From a virus (Duplodnaviria > Caudoviricetes): a stretch of 40,429 nt of DNA. Shown here piece by piece: positions 35,456 to 40,429 of this stretch. The stretch covers positions 1-40,429 of IMG/VR virus record IMGVR_UViG_3300037515_000543; one strand, 5' to 3'. Numbering within the stretch: the stretch's first letter is position 1; each line of letters begins with the position of its first letter. The notes beneath the pieces were generated by a model. The model worked only from the letters and a program-made list of their open reading frames with translations, did no database searches and was not told where the DNA came from. Made by a program: the position numbers and the translations under genes.

Positions 35456-35812
35456 TTATGCCGCTACGGCGGCCTCGCTCGCTTTCTTTTTGAGCTGTCT
35501 TATTTCATCTAAAGCGTAGTTAATTTCGTTTCGGGCGTGCCAAATCTGTTCGTTCAAATCTTCAATTTCTTGCTTCCGCACCTTGATTTCTGTTTCAAGC
35601 TCAATAATGCGGACTAGCTCTTTCGGCATCTGAGACAGCCCAACAAGCTCCTGAAGCGCCTCCCACTGCTTAGTAAATTCCCATGCCCCAATAGCTTCGA
35701 TTTCCTCCAATCTTGTGCCATATTCCCAGTAGTCAGTTTGGCAAGCCGGGAAATGCGGCGGGCCGAATACTTCCCAGCTTGCTAAATCTTTTTGACAAAT
35801 CGAACATTTCAT
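35456..35812 (-). CDS. Hypothetical Zn-finger/coiled-coil protein between initiator and loader
   Basis: MKCSIC start with AAAGGAGCAAC SD; AT-rich. Confidence 0.7.
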   Translation of the reverse strand: MKCSICQKDLASWEVFGPPHFPACQTDYWEYGTRLEEIEAIGAWEFTKQWEALQELVGLSQMPKELVRIIELETEIKVRKQEIEDLNEQIWHARNEINYALDEIRQLKKKASEAAVAA

Positions 35813-35831
35813 TTTGTTGCTCCTTTTGTTC

Positions 35832-36770
35832 TCACCAACCATGTTCCAGTTTCGGTATTGTCATTGCCTCGGAGAGTTCGGGGGAGGCGCGGCCGTTCTC
35901 TGACGGCACCACCGGCGCGCCCTTGCGTGCCCCGCTAATCGTTTCCCAAATGTTTGCCAGTTTCGGCCGGTCGCTTTTCCTGCCTCGCCAGTCGTGAAGA
36001 TACCAGCTCCAGGCCGCCGCGTTTTCACGGGCCGCGCCGGGGGAAAGTGGGCTGTAAAAAGTCGCTACCTCAACGGCCGTATAACCAGCGGTCAACAGCT
36101 CTTTGGCCTCATGGCTCAATTCCGACCAGAACCGATGCCCGTCAAGCCCGGTTACGTCAACCAGGGTATTAACCATTTCGGCTAAATCGGCGTCAACGGG
36201 GGGAGGGGGGGATTCTTCTCCCTCTTCTTCTGGATCAAAATATGGATCTAAGGGATCGTGCACAACGCCAGTCTGGAGGCTTGTACCATTTGTACCAATA
36301 CCTTGTACCAATGCTTGTACCAATAATTCGTTCTGTTGTACCAATAATTGCTTCATGTCGGCTATCTCTTGTACCAATAAATCGGTTTCGTTTCGTTCTA
36401 TTGGTACAACACCCGCCTGGGCGCTTGTGCCGTTTCGTTTGCCCTCGGGCAAATTCACAGGGTCTATGGGCAGTAAAATCGTGTAAACCAGGTGCGCCCC
36501 ACGGCCGTTACCGTGCTTCTCCGCTACCAGTTCTCCGGCCTCTTGCAGTTTGGGGAGCCAATTCATAACGGTATTGCGGTGAACACGCGCCCGGTCGGCT
36601 AACGTATTGACGCTGGGGCATTCCTTATGATTGCCTGCCACACCCGCTACGCCGTTGTCATCTGCGTACCAGGCAATGGCCACCATGATTCGGTAAGGCG
36701 CAAAGTTCTCCGGTGAGTCTTCGTTGTATTGGCTATACCGTTGCACTGCGTCGATTGCGCGAAGTCCCAT
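35832..36770 (-). CDS. Phage replication initiator (N-terminal wHTH, lambda O-like organisation)
   Basis: PSVNTLADRARVHRNTVMNWLPKLQEAGEL HTH; internal iterons; upstream of the loader. Confidence 0.82.
   Translation of the reverse strand: MGLRAIDAVQRYSQYNEDSPENFAPYRIMVAIAWYADDNGVAGVAGNHKECPSVNTLADRARVHRNTVMNWLPKLQEAGELVAEKHGNGRGAHLVYTILLPIDPVNLPEGKRNGTSAQAGVVPIERNETDLLVQEIADMKQLLVQQNELLVQALVQGIGTNGTSLQTGVVHDPLDPYFDPEEEGEESPPPPVDADLAEMVNTLVDVTGLDGHRFWSELSHEAKELLTAGYTAVEVATFYSPLSPGAARENAAAWSWYLHDWRGRKSDRPKLANIWETISGARKGAPVVPSENGRASPELSEAMTIPKLEHGW
36281..36409. repeat. Iteron array TTGTACCA(A/T)T, probable replication origin
   Basis: Direct copies at 36281, 36290, 36303, 36315, 36336, 36369 and an inverted copy at 36400-36409, in an AT-rich patch. 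Confidence 0.85.
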
Positions 36771-37027
36771 TAAATAAAATCCTCCGCCCTCGGCACCCGC
36801 TGCGCCTCCGCATACCGGTGCCAAAGCTCACGGCCGTTTACCGCGTCATAAGCAAATAATTGCAGCTGGTAGCCCGGGCAATCAGGATGCGTCCACACGC
36901 CCTGACCCAGCGCCTGCCAGCCGACGGCCCGCATTTCGGCCCACAGCTTATGCTCGGTCCATTTGGCGGGTTGCCCGTTGGTTACAATGGGTACTGCTCT
37001 CATGCCTGGTTTTGCGTTTCTTGTCAT
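36770..37027 (-). CDS. Hypothetical protein
   Basis: TAATG coupling to the initiator; GGAG SD. Confidence 0.65.
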   Translation of the reverse strand: MTRNAKPGMRAVPIVTNGQPAKWTEHKLWAEMRAVGWQALGQGVWTHPDCPGYQLQLFAYDAVNGRELWHRYAEAQRVPRAEDFI

Positions 37028-37126
37028 AGTGAAATCTCCGATAAAAACATGGCCAGCAGAGCCAGCGATACGGCCGTTTCCAGCGGTACCAGATTGCGGC
37101 GCGGCGGGTAGGGTGGTGGTGGCAGG

Positions 37127-37834
37127 TTATTGTCTCCACGCGCTTATGATGTTGCGGCAGCTGCGCGCGAAAGCCTCGTAGGGTGCGTCTGCCGCCCCGC
37201 TTCCGTCACCCCATTTGCGGCCGTCGTAATCAACCAAGCTGGGCCAGAATCCGCGCTGCGTAGTCTTACATGGGTCAAAAAATGAATTAAACTGAGTAGC
37301 CATTTTTAGGTGCATATTTCCATCTACACTCACCACATCGGCGAAGTTTCGCATTTCGCTGTGTATCTGCATTTGCCGCTGCGGGGATCCGCCTAGCAGA
37401 TGTACGGGCCATCCAGAAAACTCCAGCATGGGCACATCTGTTTTGCCGTGCCGGGTAGGAACTGAATACCCAAGCACGACTCGCCGGGAATTGATGTGCC
37501 GGGGAATTTTTTTGATCGTGCCAGGAACCTTTGGGATCAACAGTATCGACTCCCGAACATGCTCGGCAATTTCCTCCGCCCGTAGCATGATCTCTTGGTA
37601 TCCACGCCCGGCGTGCCAGTCATGTACTGATGCCATAGTTGGTTGGTGCCGCCGCAATTTTGAAACGTAATCCCACTGGTTTGGCGGCCGCTCTGGGTGT
37701 AAATCAACAAAGTGAAGGTCATAGTAAACAGTTCCTGGCATTTGCGCGCCGTACAGGAATCCCGCATCAATAGCGATTTGCGCAAATCTCTTATTTCCGT
37801 TGGCACAGTAAATCAGCTCAAGGTCAGTCGCCAC
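37127..37834 (-). CDS. TGT/DpdA-like TIM-barrel protein (tentatively DUF6610-like)
   Basis: VHLLGGS and VSVDGN motifs resemble transglycosylase H.LG and D-S motifs. Confidence 0.5.
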   Translation of the reverse strand: MATDLELIYCANGNKRFAQIAIDAGFLYGAQMPGTVYYDLHFVDLHPERPPNQWDYVSKLRRHQPTMASVHDWHAGRGYQEIMLRAEEIAEHVRESILLIPKVPGTIKKIPRHINSRRVVLGYSVPTRHGKTDVPMLEFSGWPVHLLGGSPQRQMQIHSEMRNFADVVSVDGNMHLKMATQFNSFFDPCKTTQRGFWPSLVDYDGRKWGDGSGAADAPYEAFARSCRNIISAWRQ

Positions 37835-38107
37835 AATTCAATCCTCACACTCACCCCGTGCCCGTTCGCGGGCACTCAGGCGGCTGCTCATCAACGATGC
37901 GGCCGTGACGCACACGAGGGAGGTGGCCACAAATAAAATTAAAATAATCAGGATGGTGATGATCGCATTCATTCCGGCTCCCAAAAAAGGGGCAGGCGGC
38001 GGGGCTTTGCAGATTGCCTACGGGGATCGCGTATTGTGGAGGTCGTATCATCGTACCCATTCATGGAAGAAGGTAATGCCCGCCGCCCGCCGCCCGGCAA
38101 ACGGCCG

Positions 38108-38317
38108 TTAAGCCGGGATTGCTAAAGTGTTTTCGTAGGCCCGCCGCTGCTCATTTACGAGCCGCTCACGGTTCTTTAGCTCGCTGTCTACGGCTTCCGC
38201 CGGAACGAACCACTTGCCAGCCTCATCCTGACGACCGTTTAACTTAGCAAACGCCAACGCAGTAGGGTAGGACCACCCAAGAATATTTTCTATGTTTTTT
38301 ATCGTTAATTCGTCCAT
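38108..38317 (-). CDS. Small HTH-like regulator from a leaderless transcript
   Basis: LTIKNIENILGWSYPTA...GKWFVP; first gene at the divergent switch. Confidence 0.7.
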   Translation of the reverse strand: MDELTIKNIENILGWSYPTALAFAKLNGRQDEAGKWFVPAEAVDSELKNRERLVNEQRRAYENTLAIPA

Positions 38318-38324
38318 GACCACC

Positions 38325-38353
38325 ATTCTATAGGAAATCAATACCAATGTCAA
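38325..38353 (-). promoter_or_regulatory. Leftward sigma70 promoter
   Basis: TTGACA-17-TAGAAT, 7 nt upstream of ATG 38317. Confidence 0.85.
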
Positions 38354-38371
38354 TTGATTTATAGAAATTGG

Positions 38372-38400
38372 TTGACACATAGTAGAAAATAGTTTATACT
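38372..38400 (+). promoter_or_regulatory. Rightward sigma70 promoter
   Basis: TTGACA-17-TATACT. Confidence 0.85.
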
Positions 38401-38478
38401 TCCCTTAGTTAAGAAATAAAAAAGCCGCCCCACTCCAGCAAAGAAAAGGACGGCCAAAACCCAGAAAGGATTTGAACC

Positions 38479-38718
38479 ATGATAGCACAGCAGACAGAAA
38501 TCAAAAAGCACAGCTTCTCCGAAATCAAACGACACAAGCAGAAAACATACTGCCCAGTAACCCAGATGCAGCGCTTAAACCGCGCCCTGGCCGAACTCCT
38601 CACCCTGGCCCCCAACGACCTGATGTACGACTACCTGGTCAACCGCTACCTGCAAAGCCTGGACCTCTACCACGTCAACGGCCGCAGCGGCAGCCTGCTG
38701 CCCCAGGCGGTGCAATAA
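38479..38718 (+). CDS. Hypothetical early protein
   Basis: AAAGGA SD; first gene after the rightward promoter. Confidence 0.75.
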   Translation: MIAQQTEIKKHSFSEIKRHKQKTYCPVTQMQRLNRALAELLTLAPNDLMYDYLVNRYLQSLDLYHVNGRSGSLLPQAVQ

Positions 38719-38939
38719 TGGCCCGGCTAACCGACCCCATTATCGAAACCAGCATCCAGCTGCGCAGCCTGCCGTTCCGGCCCATCATTCAGGTAGACGA
38801 CAACACCGTCACCGTCACCCTGCGGCCCTTCTACGGCGATCACGTCCAGTGTACGGCCGTTTCCTTTGCCCTGGCCTGGACCGGGGCAATGAACCAACTC
38901 AAGGGCGAATCGCTCCTCAGTCATGGCGGTGGGCAATGA
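38718..38939 (+). CDS. Hypothetical protein
   Basis: TAATG coupling; MARLTDPIIETS... Confidence 0.7.
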   Translation: MARLTDPIIETSIQLRSLPFRPIIQVDDNTVTVTLRPFYGDHVQCTAVSFALAWTGAMNQLKGESLLSHGGGQ

Positions 38940-39076
38940 CCAACCAAGACCAAAAAGCCCGCGAAGCCGCCGCCGCCGAAAAGGCGCGCCAGGCTGCCGA
39001 AAGATGGCAACGAATCGACAGCGCAGCAGCAGCCGCGATCAAAGAAGACACCTACCGCCGGGAGATGAGCAAATGA
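38936..39076 (+). CDS. Small Ala-rich protein
   Basis: ATGA overlaps at both ends. Confidence 0.55.
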   Translation: MTNQDQKAREAAAAEKARQAAERWQRIDSAAAAAIKEDTYRREMSK

Positions 39077-39762
39077 TTACCCTACAATCACTCACCAAAC
39101 TAGAAAACGGCACCTACTACGCCAAATGGTACGACGCCGACGACCAGCACCCAGACATCGGCCACACCGTTGCGGCCCTGCACCACGAAGACGGCCGTCT
39201 CGACGCCGCCAATCTCAACATCCGCGCCCCGCGCCTGACGGCCGAACAAATGCAGCAGGCGCAGCCGGACACACACCCGGCCTACGAGCTGGCCGCCAAA
39301 GGCACGGCCGTCAAACCCAGCTGGGCCAACCGCTACCAGAAAGCGGCCGAACTGGTGGAGGCGGGGCAGGTGCGGCTCACCGGACCGGAAACGGCCGTAG
39401 TCACCGGCAGCAGCGACACCTACCAGGTCAATGGCAAATGTCACTGCCGCTGGACCCAGTTCCACAGCGAGCCATGCAGCCATTACCTGGCCGTCCGCAT
39501 GGCCCGCGCCCTGGCTCAGCCCATCCTGCCCACCACAGAGGCCGAAAAAGAGGCAGCTTGCGAAGCCCGCCGGCAGGCTAATAAGGACGCGATGGCCAAA
39601 CGCATCGCCGCCCGTGGCGAGAATATCCACGAACGCAACCGCCGCCGCGCTCGCAGCGATGGCGACGGCGCGCGCCAGTGGGCCCGCATGGCCCAGGCCA
39701 ACGGCCGCAGCACCGTCCCGGCGCGCATCTACGACCGGGCAACCGGGGGAGGGGGAAGCTGA
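39073..39762 (+). CDS. SWIM zinc-finger protein
   Basis: YQV...CHC.......PCSHYLA (CxC-xn-CxH). Confidence 0.8.
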   Translation: MITLQSLTKLENGTYYAKWYDADDQHPDIGHTVAALHHEDGRLDAANLNIRAPRLTAEQMQQAQPDTHPAYELAAKGTAVKPSWANRYQKAAELVEAGQVRLTGPETAVVTGSSDTYQVNGKCHCRWTQFHSEPCSHYLAVRMARALAQPILPTTEAEKEAACEARRQANKDAMAKRIAARGENIHERNRRRARSDGDGARQWARMAQANGRSTVPARIYDRATGGGGS

Positions 39763-39836
39763 TGCTCTTCCAAATCTTTTTTGTTATCCTGTTTTTTGCA
39801 ATCGTCATTAGATGTTTGATCAACTGGAGGTGAACT

Positions 39837-40429
39837 GTGAGTAATCAACTGAACGAAATCCACACTATGCTCGAAGCGCTGCTCAAAAGCAGCAATCATA
39901 TTCATTGGATCGGCGGCTACGTGTACGGCCGTACATCCCAGGATGACCCGTTTGTCATCCTCTACCCGGCCAGCGATATGCTGAAAGAAAAAGCGGTGCG
40001 CGTCTACGAGCACGATTTTCGCAAGCTGCCGCCGTTCATCGCCACCGACAACGTTCCGGCCGATACCGAGAACAATCCCAACAAAACCCAGGCGCAGAAG
40101 AGCCGCATCTATCACACCTGCCCGCTCTTCAAAATCTGCACCTACGACGGCAAGGATACCCAGATGGGCAAAGAAAAGCGTTTCGGCGGCGTCCTGCGGG
40201 TGACAGACAGGATGCCAAATGCCCCGAGCGTAAGCGAAGCGTCGCCAACGGCCGTTTCCCAGCCAGCCGCCAAACCAGCAGCAGCACCGGCCGCGAACGC
40301 CAACGGCCGTTCCAAAACCGACCACTTCCTTCAGGTCGGCGATGAGGTGATGGTGCGCGGCAAAAAAGACGAAAAGCCCGGCACCATCCTGGACACCAAC
40401 GGCGGCGAACTGTTCACCGTATCCGTCGA
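39837..40429 (+). CDS. 216-aa hypothetical protein continuing across the circular junction to 185
   Basis: GGAGG SD at 39826-39830, GTG start, open frame to the contig end. Confidence 0.8.
   Translation, partial: MSNQLNEIHTMLEALLKSSNHIHWIGGYVYGRTSQDDPFVILYPASDMLKEKAVRVYEHDFRKLPPFIATDNVPADTENNPNKTQAQKSRIYHTCPLFKICTYDGKDTQMGKEKRFGGVLRVTDRMPNAPSVSEASPTAVSQPAAKPAAAPAANANGRSKTDHFLQVGDEVMVRGKKDEKPGTILDTNGGELFTVSV
40303..40429. repeat. Terminal direct repeat, identical to 1-127
   Basis: Exact identity. Confidence 0.95.

Noticed and set aside
37851-38111. Small ORFs between the TGT-like gene and the HTH gene
   Set aside because: Several short overlapping frames exist with no convincing start or motif, and I could not choose one.
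1-40302. ACGGCCGT as an IS/MITE or REP element
   Set aside because: The core is only 8-16 bp, sits in frame within essential genes, and has no transposase, target duplication or larger conserved body.
39100-40325. Minus-strand ORFs 39100-39630 and 39729-40325
   Set aside because: They are shadows of the plus-strand SWIM gene and the junction-spanning gene, which have SDs and motifs.

Overview
This window is a complete, circularly assembled siphovirus-type phage genome. The unit is 40,302 bp; bases 1-127 recur at 40303-40429 and an ORF reads through the join. The host is probably a Chloroflexota (Anaerolineae-like) bacterium, which is an inference. The minus strand carries a replication/accessory arm (leaderless HTH gene, TGT/DpdA-like gene, initiator with internal iterons, DnaC-like loader, GIY-YIG protein, PolX), then packaging, head, tail (with a G/GT -1 frameshift) and lysis genes. 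A short plus-strand early arm runs from 38479 across the join to 1939. I could not recognise an integrase, partition genes, tRNA, CRISPR array or reverse transcriptase. Most notable observations: (1) The palindrome ACGGCCGT, often extended to GAAACGGCCGTTTC, occurs about 90 times by manual count against about 1 expected. This is a HIP1-like iterated palindrome written into the proteins as TAV/NGR/RP. (2) The same palindrome fused to a Shine-Dalgarno forms identical 23-bp junctions that delimit single-gene cassettes. (3) A predicted ~60-nt two-hairpin sRNA is complementary to a shared AAAGGAGCAAC ribosome-binding motif at four genes on both strands. (4) A phage-borne EAD7-like domain sits next to the holin. 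All family calls come from motif recognition by eye, not database searches.
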